DNA of 46,887 nucleotides from Cyanobacteria bacterium auto_48_18 (GCA_036170915.1 JAVHQC010000028.1:1-46887), one strand, 5' to 3'; counted from the first letter of the stretch, positions 38,936-46,887 are shown. Made by a program: numbers and translations. The notes: generated by a model not told the origin, from the sequence alone.

Positions 38936-39001
38936 GGTTGGGAAGAATGTGCATGGAGTCGGACCGAGCAATCGGTCTGACTCCCTTGCTTTTTCCCAGC
39001 C
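38936..39001 (+). other. Long intergenic hairpin capped by GA-GCAA-TC
   Basis: GGAGTCGGACCGA-GCAA-TCGGTCTGACTCC (38955-38984) with outer stem GGTTGGGAAGA/TTTTTCCCAGCC. Confidence 0.75.
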
Positions 39002-39058
39002 GACAAACCTCTCACTCGCACTAACGATTTTGCCTATGTAACCCAGAAAGAGGTAATT

Positions 39059-40057
39059 ATGAGCAAAGAATCTAAAGTCGAGGAGCTGGTCGCTGCCGTT
39101 GAAGAACGAGCCATCACCTGCCCCATTCCTATTCGTTGGCGCGCCAACCAGTCGATGGTTGGTGGCGGCGAACGCAATAGCAGAAGCAAAGGACTTAATG
39201 GCACCGATTTCTATGGCCTCAAGCCGTACGAATTCGGCGACGACGTCAAGAAAATTGACTGGGCCGCGACCGCCAAATCCGGTGGTCAGGAAATCTACGT
39301 AAAGCAGTACTACGAGCCGCGAGACGTCAAAGTCTGGATTCTCATCGACAGCAAGCTGACGATGGATTTCGGCACCGTCCGTACTACCAAGCGTATCCTG
39401 GCAGCCGAACTGGCCTGCTCCGTAATCAAATCGGTGAAGAAGACCAATGACTTGGTCGGCTTCATCACGTACGACGAAAAGGGCATCCAGGCTCTCACTC
39501 CCAAGGCCAAACCGGCCGGCATGGTGAAGCTGCAATGCCTCCGCGCAATCATTGAGCCGGGTGTTCGTCACCTGTTCCCCAATGAGACATCGGAAAATGT
39601 GTCCATCGACATGGGCAACGACAAAGACGTAAGTGGCCTGGCCACTGCGTTGGAGTATGTACGCACCAAGCCTCGCGCTTTGGTGTTCGTGATCTCCGAC
39701 TTCCTCGACATGTCGCAAAACGATCAGGAAGAGCTCGAGCTCACAGCCGCTCGCCATGCGGTCGCCACCATGTACGTGCAAGACCGTCGTGAGCGTGAGC
39801 TGCCCAACACCTGGGGTATCATCCCGATGGAAGATATCCGCACAGGGCAGCGCAAGAGCGTCTGGCTGCCGCCCAAGTGGTGGCCGTTCCAGGGTAAGGG
39901 TCGCGGCGTTCGCGACCAGTACGCGCAGAACTTCCAGGATGCACGTGGTGAAGTGATCGCTTTCTTTCGAAACAACGGCATCCTCTGGGAAGAATTTTCT
40001 ACCGAAGAGGGCGCGGCAGCTGAACCGAAGATTCGGAAGCTGCTCTCCGGCCACTAA
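39059..40057 (+). CDS. DUF58 domain protein (MoxR-associated)
   Basis: GTDFYGLKPYEFGDDVKKIDWAATAK, YVKQY.E, IDSKLTMDFGT, VISDFL, ERELP. Confidence 0.92.
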   Translation: MSKESKVEELVAAVEERAITCPIPIRWRANQSMVGGGERNSRSKGLNGTDFYGLKPYEFGDDVKKIDWAATAKSGGQEIYVKQYYEPRDVKVWILIDSKLTMDFGTVRTTKRILAAELACSVIKSVKKTNDLVGFITYDEKGIQALTPKAKPAGMVKLQCLRAIIEPGVRHLFPNETSENVSIDMGNDKDVSGLATALEYVRTKPRALVFVISDFLDMSQNDQEELELTAARHAVATMYVQDRRERELPNTWGIIPMEDIRTGQRKSVWLPPKWWPFQGKGRGVRDQYAQNFQDARGEVIAFFRNNGILWEEFSTEEGAAAEPKIRKLLSGH

Positions 40058-40091
40058 CGGTCAACGTTTAAACCTAACTCAAGGAAATCTC

Positions 40092-41405
40092 ATGTATAAG
40101 AAATATATGCGGACTGCCCTGTTGGCGGCGGCGCTGACCATCGTGGCAGCACCCGTCTTCGCCCAGCAGGCACCAGTCTCACCGGTCAATCCGGCTGTCA
40201 CACCGGCTGTCACACCGGCTCCCGCCGTCACGACACCCGTCGTCAAGGCTCAGGCCGCGCCTGACCCTGACCCTTGCAGCTCCATTGTCGGCACCATCGA
40301 TGGTGCTGGCCAGAGCACGTCGCCCTCGTACGATTACGAGAATTACGGCGGCTACTACTCGCAGCCCAAAGCCGACCCCAAGCCGCAGAATCCGATTTCG
40401 GCAACCTGCGGATCTGGCCGGCTGAACATCATGGTTGGCACCACCCCCAGTGACCAATCTGGCTACTCGCAGTCGCACCGTCACTACGGTCACTACATCA
40501 TGGACAAGATTCCCTTGACCGTGATTCTCAACGTGGACGAGTCGGTGGAAATCGACTTCACCTCGCTGGTCAAGCAGAAGACTCTGGGCTTCAACGGCTC
40601 CGACTTCATGCTGGCGCAGCAGGGTCCTGGGGAAACTCCGGCAGTGCAAATTTCCGGACCGCAAATTCGCACTCGCGCCATCAAGAATGCTGCGGGTGAA
40701 GTGGTTGGCAAGCAGACGCGCAAAATCTACGTGATCAACTTGATCGTGCAGTCGAGCGTATACAAGCCTGTCATCCCCTTCCAGCTCGATCTGCGCTACG
40801 CCTTCGACAAGACCCCTGATGGCAAGGCCAACTGGAAGACACTGACCACTCCCGACTTCGTTGTCTCGCGTCCGAACATCGGCGACAACGGAGAAGAGCT
40901 GCTCGAGGGCAATCTCGATGACAAGTCGAGTCGTATCTCGTTCATGACGGTGCTGGCGCTCTCGCTCGGTACCTTCTTGCTGCTGCTCATTCCCGGCACT
41001 GCCGCCGTCAAGTACATCAACCGTGTACGGCCGCGCAAGGTGATTCCCGCCAACCGCGCCGCCTGGAATGTGTTCGAGAGTCAGTACAAAGACGCCAAGG
41101 CAAATGGTGTCTACAGCCGTAAGCACATTCGTGCCATCGTGCACGCTCTGCGTCGCTATCTCGGCACGCTGAGCCAGTTCCCGCAGCTGGAAGCATTGAC
41201 GGTGATGGAAATCGTTGCTCGTTTCTCGGAAGAGGAACAGGCCGAACGCATCGCCGCCGTGATCACGCTGTGTGAAAACGATTTGTTCGTCGCCGAGAAC
41301 AACGGTGAACAGGACAACGCGCCGACCAGCCTGGACAACGAGCAGATCAAGAGTCTGTTCGAAGACCTGCAGATTCTGGTGCCGCGTCCCTGGGACTCGA
41401 AATAA
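40092..41405 (+). CDS. Exported single-pass membrane protein of MoxR/Bat operons (BatD/DUF4381-like)
   Basis: Signal peptide, PAVT repeats, beta-rich ectodomain, TM, cytoplasmic ALRRYLG...ALTVMEI helix motif typical of Bat-operon accessory proteins. Confidence 0.6.
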   Translation: MYKKYMRTALLAAALTIVAAPVFAQQAPVSPVNPAVTPAVTPAPAVTTPVVKAQAAPDPDPCSSIVGTIDGAGQSTSPSYDYENYGGYYSQPKADPKPQNPISATCGSGRLNIMVGTTPSDQSGYSQSHRHYGHYIMDKIPLTVILNVDESVEIDFTSLVKQKTLGFNGSDFMLAQQGPGETPAVQISGPQIRTRAIKNAAGEVVGKQTRKIYVINLIVQSSVYKPVIPFQLDLRYAFDKTPDGKANWKTLTTPDFVVSRPNIGDNGEELLEGNLDDKSSRISFMTVLALSLGTFLLLLIPGTAAVKYINRVRPRKVIPANRAAWNVFESQYKDAKANGVYSRKHIRAIVHALRRYLGTLSQFPQLEALTVMEIVARFSEEEQAERIAAVITLCENDLFVAENNGEQDNAPTSLDNEQIKSLFEDLQILVPRPWDSK

Positions 41406-41412
41406 TCGGTTG

Positions 41413-41600
41413 AGGCTAAGCCGGATCACGCGTCAGTGTCTGTCAAAAGACGCTCGCGTGGTCCGGCCGTGGCTTCGCTTTCTTAACTCAAAGGGACAAC
41501 TTTTGCTCTCTAGAGACGCACTAACCACAGACGGTTCGTGAGGTCTCACCCTTGTGCACACTCGGCCAGAAGCTGAACTGTGCGCAGCGGTGAGCCCTCA
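41413..41600 (+). other. Two long intergenic hairpins
   Basis: GCCGGATCACGCG (41420-41432) / CGCGTGGTCCGGC (41455-41467); TGAGG..CTCACC..TGTGCACA / TGTGCGCA..GGTGAG..CCTCA (41539-41600). Confidence 0.6.
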
Positions 41601-41645
41601 TTGGCTGCCTGTCCTGTCAACAAATTTTAGAAAAGGACTACAACC

Positions 41646-43280
41646 ATGAAACGGAACGCGCTTTCTAGCGGGTTCTTCGGCTCACTGCGCACGTTCGCAG
41701 TGCTACTGGGACTCGTTTTCACCATCGGTTTCACCGGTGTCGCCGTCGGCAATGCTGCCGAAGCAACCGCACCGCCTCAGACCACCCAGACTGCCCCCGC
41801 AGTCATACCTGATTTTGTAGACGGCCCCGCCATCTACAAGGCCGCTTTCGAAGCACTGCGCGACCTGCACGTCGAGCTGCAAGACCCTGCTGTTCGTGCA
41901 GAATTCGTCAAGCAGTGGGAGCATCGTCACGACACCGATGGCGTGCTCAAAACCGAAGCCGGCACTGACAAGGCTGTTTACGAGATGATGTGGAGTCTCG
42001 GTCAGCGCTACGACTACTACAAACTCCCTGCCGCCGCCAAGGAAGAGCAGGACATGACCACCGCTCGCATGGCCGGCATCGGTGCCACTCTCAACCAGAG
42101 GGGACTCGTCAAGGCCATTCGGGCTCTCGGCAAAGACCCGAAGCCTGAAGACGTGAAGGCACTCTTCAACTTGAGCGACGAGCGTCCGCTGATGGTGGCC
42201 GAACAGCCCGACAACACAAGCCCGGCCGGCAAAGGCGGGGTGATGAAGGGCGATCGCATCGTTGCCGTGGACGGTGTTGCTGTGAACGGCAAGACTCTGG
42301 ACGCAGTTGTCGGCACCATCCGTGGTACCCCCGGCACATCGGTAAAGCTCAGCATCCTTCGCTCAAGCGACGTTGCCGACATCAAAGTCGAGCTCACACT
42401 GGTGCGCGACAACTTCATCGTCAAGGCGGTGAAAAGCACCGACCTCGGCTCCGGCGTCACTTTGATCAAGCTGGACCACTTCATGTCGAAGTATGGTGCC
42501 CAGGAAATGTACGACGCACTTACGTCAGCGGCCAAGGGCAAGGCCATCATCCTTGACCTGCGCGGCAACCCCGGCGGCGAACTCGGCTCGGTCATCAACA
42601 TGGCCGCCATGTTCCTCGACAAGGGCGTAATCGTGCAGTTGATCGAACGCGACGAAGACTTGAAGGTGACTCTCACCCACTCGGTTACGCCGAACGGGTA
42701 TGAGGGCCGCATTCAGATCAGCGACGGTCGCGACATGTTGAAGCAGAACAAGCGCCTTCCGCGCTTGGTGCCTGTAGACATGCCGGTGATTGTTCTGATT
42801 GATGGTGGCTCTGCTTCGGCATCGGAGATTCTCTCCGGCGCCTTGCAGGCCAATGGTCGCGCCCTGATCATCGGCCAGCCTTCGCATGGTAAGGGAGTGG
42901 GCCAGTCTGTCATTCCGCTGCCTGGAGCACGCAACATGCACGTCACCAGTTTCGAGTTCCGTCCGGGCTCGAAGGTGATGGACTGGGTTGGTGTCGTCCC
43001 TGACATCGAAGTGGTTCAGTCGGAGGATGCAAATCCGCTGGAAGACCCCTCTTCGGATACGCAGCTCAATCGCGCCAAGCTGGAAGCAATCGCAGCACTG
43101 ATGGGCACGCCGGCTCCGGCTCGCTCTGCCGCTGAGATTGCCGCACGCCAGGCCGAACTGAAGAAGACCAACGAAGCCAACTTCGCTAAGGAAGTGGAGG
43201 CCCGTCGCAAGGCGATTGCTGCTGACACTGCTCCAAGCGATGGCTCTGGCGCGCCTTCTGTCGACAAGGACGGCAAGTAA
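41646..43280 (+). CDS. S41 C-terminal processing protease with PDZ, exported
   Basis: Signal/TM N-terminus, GIGA, SPAGKGGVMKGDRIVAVDG PDZ, LDLRGNPGG, SASASEI, GKGVGQ, GVVPDI. Confidence 0.93.
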   Translation: MKRNALSSGFFGSLRTFAVLLGLVFTIGFTGVAVGNAAEATAPPQTTQTAPAVIPDFVDGPAIYKAAFEALRDLHVELQDPAVRAEFVKQWEHRHDTDGVLKTEAGTDKAVYEMMWSLGQRYDYYKLPAAAKEEQDMTTARMAGIGATLNQRGLVKAIRALGKDPKPEDVKALFNLSDERPLMVAEQPDNTSPAGKGGVMKGDRIVAVDGVAVNGKTLDAVVGTIRGTPGTSVKLSILRSSDVADIKVELTLVRDNFIVKAVKSTDLGSGVTLIKLDHFMSKYGAQEMYDALTSAAKGKAIILDLRGNPGGELGSVINMAAMFLDKGVIVQLIERDEDLKVTLTHSVTPNGYEGRIQISDGRDMLKQNKRLPRLVPVDMPVIVLIDGGSASASEILSGALQANGRALIIGQPSHGKGVGQSVIPLPGARNMHVTSFEFRPGSKVMDWVGVVPDIEVVQSEDANPLEDPSSDTQLNRAKLEAIAALMGTPAPARSAAEIAARQAELKKTNEANFAKEVEARRKAIAADTAPSDGSGAPSVDKDGK

Positions 43281-43289
43281 TTTCTCACA

Positions 43290-43333
43290 GGTGCGCACCT
43301 GCTTCTTAGCTTCGGCTAGGGCAGGTGCGCATC
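43290..43333 (+). other. Long hairpin with cUUCGg tetraloop
   Basis: GGTGCGCACCTGC..CTTAGC-TTCG-GCTAGG-GCAGGTGCGCATC. Confidence 0.75.
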
Positions 43334-43369
43334 CGTTTCTTTAATTTCAACTTCGAAAAGGACAAAAGT

Positions 43370-45307
43370 ATGTCAAATAAACTCTCTCGCCTTCGCGGCG
43401 GAGTCATTGTGCTGGCAATGCTGTCGACCTTCCTGTCGATCGGCGCGCCCACCACTCTGGCTCAGACGTCACCTGCAAGTAACCCGGTAATCACCGAGTC
43501 TGACCTGCGCGGCAAGCCCGTGGACACTAAAAAGTCCACCGACAATGCCAAGATTTTCCGCACGCTGCCGACTGGTACGCCGACCGTGCCGGGCGACATC
43601 ACTCTGATCGATCCCAACGCTCCGGCCACGGACACGACCAAGGTCGACCCGAACGCCAAGCCGGACCCGAACGGCAAGCCGCCGGTCACACAGCCGGTAG
43701 TGCCGCAGGTGGTGCCTACCCCGATTCCGGTTCCAGGCCAACCGGCCAACACCACAACGGCGCCCGCCACCACCCCTGGTGCAACTCCGACCGACACCGT
43801 CCAGACTCCTATTGTCACCCCTGGTGGCATGCCCTCCAAAGCTGACATCGAAAAGATGATCAAGGAGCGCACGGAGAGCATGAATGACCCGACCAAGCAG
43901 CCTCCTCCGGAAGTTCTGGAGAAGCTGTACAGGCAGGTCTGGTCAACCATCGGCGCCAAATATGTCGATCAGGCAAAACTGAAAGACTGGCACCTCTGGG
44001 CCGACAAGTACAAGGGCAAGCTGAAGACCGGCAACGATCTTCAAAACGCTCTCAAAGAAATGGTGGGCAGTGTCGGCGACCGCTGGACCAACTTCTCGTC
44101 GTTTGACGACATGTTCGCCTCGATGTCTCGTCATGCTGACGGCATCGTACACCTGGGCGTCGGACTGGCTCGCCAGGCTGACGGTACCTACAAGATCGAA
44201 ATGATCATGTACGGTACGCCGGCTTACGTCAGCAACTTGCTGCGCACCGGCGACGTGGTGAAGACCATCGAAGTGAACAGCAAAGGCGCCGACGGCAAGG
44301 CGGTCACCACCGTTACCAATCTCGCCGGTCTGACCAAAGATCAGGCGGACGCGCTGACCTTCGCTAAGAACGGCAGCGAAGCCGTTCTCACCATCGTTCA
44401 CGACGGTGTGGAAGAGAAGGTCAAGGTTGCCTTCGGCGAAGCGCCGCAAGCGCAAATCGAAGTGCGCCTGCTGCCGGGTAACATCGGCTATGTGCGTCTT
44501 CCCTCTTTCGGCTCCAGCCCGGAAGACCTCGAGACTCTCGGCCAGGGCATCACCGAGGCCCTGTTCGCACTCGACCAGGCCTCTCACGGTAACATGCGCG
44601 GGCTGATTCTCGACCTGCGTAACAACTCGGGGGGTATCGTCGACCTGGCCCAGAACATTGCTTCGCTCTTCATTCGCGAAGGTGTCTTCCTCAAGACCCG
44701 CGAAAGCAATGGTCGCTTCAGCGAGGACAAGACGATCTACATCAATCGTCCGATGCCTCACAACTTCGTCGACATGCCGCCCGAAATTGCTGGTGTGGTT
44801 CAGCGTTTGCTCGATGTGCCCATGACAGTTCTCGTCAACGGCAGCTCGGCTTCCAGCGCTGAGATTCTCACCGGTACGCTGAAGGACAACAATCGTGCCG
44901 TCGTCATTGGCACGCAGACCTTTGGCAAGGCGGTTGCCTACGTAAACCTGCCGGTGAAGCCGCTTGGTCAGCTGCAGGTCACGGTGATGCACTACCTCAC
45001 CCCCAACGGTTACGACCTCGCCAACAAGGGCCTTCAGCCCGACCTGGTGATCGACCGTAGCCGTGGTGGTGCCATCGACGAGCAGCTGGCCGCCGCAGTT
45101 CAGGTGCTCAACGAGTTGCACAACGCCAAGTTGGCTGGCCCTGCCGGTACGCCTCCTGCGCAAAACGGAGACGACGACTTCGGTGGCAGCTCGGTGCTCT
45201 TGATCGGTTTCGGTCTCGGTGCTGGTCTGCTTTTCCTCTACCTGGTGACTTTGCATAACCGCAAGCGCAAGGAACGGGACGAGCAGGAAAAGAACGACCG
45301 CAAGTAA
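43370..45307 (+). CDS. S41 C-terminal processing protease with Pro/Thr-rich N-linker, divergent PDZ and C-terminal membrane anchor
   Basis: Signal peptide, IGYVRLPSF, LDLRNNSGG, SASSAEI, TFGKA, YLTPNG, GLQPD; C-terminal TM plus basic tail; ATG 43370 with AAGGA SD. Confidence 0.92.
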   Translation: MSNKLSRLRGGVIVLAMLSTFLSIGAPTTLAQTSPASNPVITESDLRGKPVDTKKSTDNAKIFRTLPTGTPTVPGDITLIDPNAPATDTTKVDPNAKPDPNGKPPVTQPVVPQVVPTPIPVPGQPANTTTAPATTPGATPTDTVQTPIVTPGGMPSKADIEKMIKERTESMNDPTKQPPPEVLEKLYRQVWSTIGAKYVDQAKLKDWHLWADKYKGKLKTGNDLQNALKEMVGSVGDRWTNFSSFDDMFASMSRHADGIVHLGVGLARQADGTYKIEMIMYGTPAYVSNLLRTGDVVKTIEVNSKGADGKAVTTVTNLAGLTKDQADALTFAKNGSEAVLTIVHDGVEEKVKVAFGEAPQAQIEVRLLPGNIGYVRLPSFGSSPEDLETLGQGITEALFALDQASHGNMRGLILDLRNNSGGIVDLAQNIASLFIREGVFLKTRESNGRFSEDKTIYINRPMPHNFVDMPPEIAGVVQRLLDVPMTVLVNGSSASSAEILTGTLKDNNRAVVIGTQTFGKAVAYVNLPVKPLGQLQVTVMHYLTPNGYDLANKGLQPDLVIDRSRGGAIDEQLAAAVQVLNELHNAKLAGPAGTPPAQNGDDDFGGSSVLLIGFGLGAGLLFLYLVTLHNRKRKERDEQEKNDRK

Positions 45308-45314
45308 GGTTTAA

Positions 45315-45356
45315 GGCGGGTGCCGATCACGTTGCAAAACGCGATTGGTACCCGCT
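45315..45356 (+). other. Hairpin with GCAA tetraloop after the second S41 gene
   Basis: GGCGGGTGCCGATC..CGTT-GCAA-AACG..GATTGGTACCCGCT. Confidence 0.65.
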
Positions 45357-45438
45357 GATGCGGCCTGTACGCGGATTGCCCTATTAGCTAACTAATTCAA
45401 CCACGAGCGCAAGCTCGACATCACGAAAGGAGAAACCC

Positions 45439-45465
45439 ATGACTACAAGGCTAAGCCGAATGTAG
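45439..45465 (+). CDS. Putative 8-aa leader peptide MTTRLSRM
   Basis: AAAGGAG SD (45426-45432) 6 nt before ATG; TAG overlaps the arm of a long-range stem. Confidence 0.4.
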   Translation: MTTRLSRM

Positions 45466-45617
45466 GTCCTGGTGGGCGCACCGCCAATAGTGGCAGTGCA
45501 AAAGTCGCCTTGTTCGTTGAAGCACTCAGCCTAACACTTTGTTAGGTAATCGGCCTTGCTGAGTGTGGAGTTCAAGATGACTCTCCGCTTGCACCAGGAC
45601 CTCCATTCCTTGGAGGT
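45464..45617 (+). promoter_or_regulatory. Candidate translational attenuator / structured RNA upstream of the ParB-like gene
   Basis: AGGTCCTGGTG (45464-45474) / CACCAGGACCT (45592-45602) competes with the anti-SD hairpin ACCTCCA (45599-45605) / TGGAGGT (45611-45617). Confidence 0.5.
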
Positions 45618-45620
45618 ATT

Positions 45621-45950
45621 ATGGGCAAGTCGTATCGCGGTGCGCAAAACCGGCGCACCAATCCCATTCGCTGCCACGGCAGCGATTTCGAGGCCATCTT
45701 CGTCGCCCTCGGTGACATCTACGTTTCTCAGTCGACTTTCGATAAGCTCATGGCTCGCGACAGCCAGCAGATTGAGCAGTATCGTCAGGCCTACGAGAAC
45801 GGCGAAGAAATGGTTCGTGTTGTTCTGCGTCCTCGCTTCGACGGTGGTTACAACGTCGAAGACGGTCGTCATCGTGTCATCGCCGCCAAACTGGCTGGTG
45901 TCGGCTTCATCGAAGCTGCCATCGTCGGCCAGGTTGAGAGCGAAGACTAA
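45621..45950 (+). CDS. Stand-alone ParB/sulfiredoxin-like N-terminal domain protein
   Basis: VVLRPRFDGGYNVEDGRHRVIAAKLAG...IEA matches the ParB/Srx DGxHR motif; no HTH; SD GGAGG. Confidence 0.8.
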   Translation: MGKSYRGAQNRRTNPIRCHGSDFEAIFVALGDIYVSQSTFDKLMARDSQQIEQYRQAYENGEEMVRVVLRPRFDGGYNVEDGRHRVIAAKLAGVGFIEAAIVGQVESED

Positions 45951-45964
45951 CAGTTTTAGTTCAT

Positions 45965-46024
45965 GAAAAGGGAAGTTGTGAGCCGGCTCCTGAAGCTTGC
46001 CGCAACTTCCCTTTTCTTTTTTTT
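45965..46024 (+). terminator. Rho-independent terminator
   Basis: GAAAAGGGAAGTTGTG / CGCAACTTCCCTTTTC stem and T8 tract. Confidence 0.8.
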
Positions 46025-46067
46025 GTCACTTTTTTTGTCACTAAGGAATCCAAGAGATATGCAGATC

Positions 46068-46739
46068 ATGAAAAACAACGTCATCAAAGCGATCCTGGCG
46101 CTGACACTAACGGTGCTTGTCGGTGTGGGCCTCTGGGGCTGCAGCGGCAACAGCTCAGAATCAAAGGCACCACCGCTGCCCGACCGGTTCAGCGTCAACG
46201 AGCGGGTGGTCTTCAAGATCAAAAACTCGTTCGATGTCGAAGGCGGCGGCGTCAACCACGGCAAGGTGTACGAACACCTTGTGCAGTTGACACGCTCTTT
46301 CACTTTCGAAGACAAGGACGGCGCCACCGTTGCCACAGCCAGCCTCTCGGCATTCAGCTGGGGCACGCAAATCAACATCGTTGACGGCAACGGCAAGACC
46401 ATCGGCACCATCAAAGAAGAGGTGTACAGCTCCCTGCTGAGCAATTGGAACACCTACAAAATTCTTGATGCCGACGGTAAGGTCGTCGCTTACTCGAAAA
46501 AGAGCGAGTTTTTCGCCACCAATATCACCCTCGAAAATACTAGCGGCAAAGTTGTCGCTGAGCTTCATCGCGGGGCGATCAACTGGGCAGGCGATTCGTG
46601 GTCGGTAAATATCACAGACCGCTCGGCCATCGACGCGCGCCTTTTGCCTTTCATCGCCGCCTATAAGACGCTCTCGGACAACGACAAGAAGTCCAAAGAC
46701 GACGGCGGCACGAGCGACAAATCACCCACCAAGAAGTAG
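46068..46739 (+). CDS. LURP-one/scramblase (tubby C-terminal-like) lipoprotein
   Basis: Lipobox-like LWGC; repeated I.D.DG..V/IG/A beta-hairpins, DSWSVNI, IDARLL. Confidence 0.75.
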   Translation: MKNNVIKAILALTLTVLVGVGLWGCSGNSSESKAPPLPDRFSVNERVVFKIKNSFDVEGGGVNHGKVYEHLVQLTRSFTFEDKDGATVATASLSAFSWGTQINIVDGNGKTIGTIKEEVYSSLLSNWNTYKILDADGKVVAYSKKSEFFATNITLENTSGKVVAELHRGAINWAGDSWSVNITDRSAIDARLLPFIAAYKTLSDNDKKSKDDGGTSDKSPTKK

Positions 46740-46762
46740 ACTTTTGCTCTGGCAAAGGTCTC

Positions 46763-46795
46763 AAGAGAGGCACCGGATACGGTGCTTCTCTTTTT
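46763..46795 (+). terminator. Rho-independent terminator
   Basis: AAGAGAGGCACCG-GATA-CGGTGCTTCTCTT then TTT. Confidence 0.8.
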
Positions 46796-46887
46796 CCTCC
46801 AATACACTACTTCATATAATATGACCGCGGACCTGGGATTATTCACGGGAGTGATACCAAAGTAATCTTTTAAAAAGCACAAAAGCC

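Noticed and set aside
26619..45256. Long antisense ORFs (e.g. 26619-27737, 29049-30221, 31349-32503, 38855-40054, 40179-41429, 43943-45256)
   Set aside because: They are shadows of strongly biased + strand codon usage, lack family motifs and overlap well-supported genes
24331..46739. Prophage or integrative element
   Set aside because: No integrase, transposase, structural phage genes or flanking att repeats are visible in the window

Overview
Bacterial chromosomal window. The cyanobacteria-like RF2 N-terminus and gene content tentatively suggest a non-photosynthetic Cyanobacteriota relative (Melainabacteria/Obscuribacterales); this is inference only. Two gene classes are interleaved. (i) Lower-GC genes on both strands with weak or no Shine-Dalgarno (SD): an MBOAT/SGNH acylation pair, YkgJ, CPBP protease, RDD, PfkB kinase, IPT/TIG protein, FAD oxidoreductase, and prfB with its +1 frameshift. 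(ii) High-GC genes with C-ending codons, all on the + strand, with strong SDs, mostly TAA stops, long structured leaders and tetraloop-capped hairpins. Class (ii) dominates a ~22 kb co-directional super-locus (24331-46739) that joins two AAA+/vWA chaperone modules. The first is tandem divergent PrkA x2 - YeaH - SpoVR. The second is a permuted vWA - TPR - vWA - MoxR - DUF58 - membrane protein Bat-like operon. They are accompanied by a Zn-finger/chagasin-like inhibitor, two exported S41 tail-specific proteases, a stand-alone ParB-like domain under an apparent leader-peptide attenuator, and a LURP-one/scramblase-like lipoprotein. Satellite class (ii) units encode a D2-only ClpB-like ATPase fused to TPRs and a PDZ-less cytoplasmic S41 paralog. 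A shared tandem palindromic operator-like element links the window start (MFS/ClpB-like unit) to the vWA/MoxR unit. No rRNA, tRNA, CRISPR array, integrase or transposase was seen.
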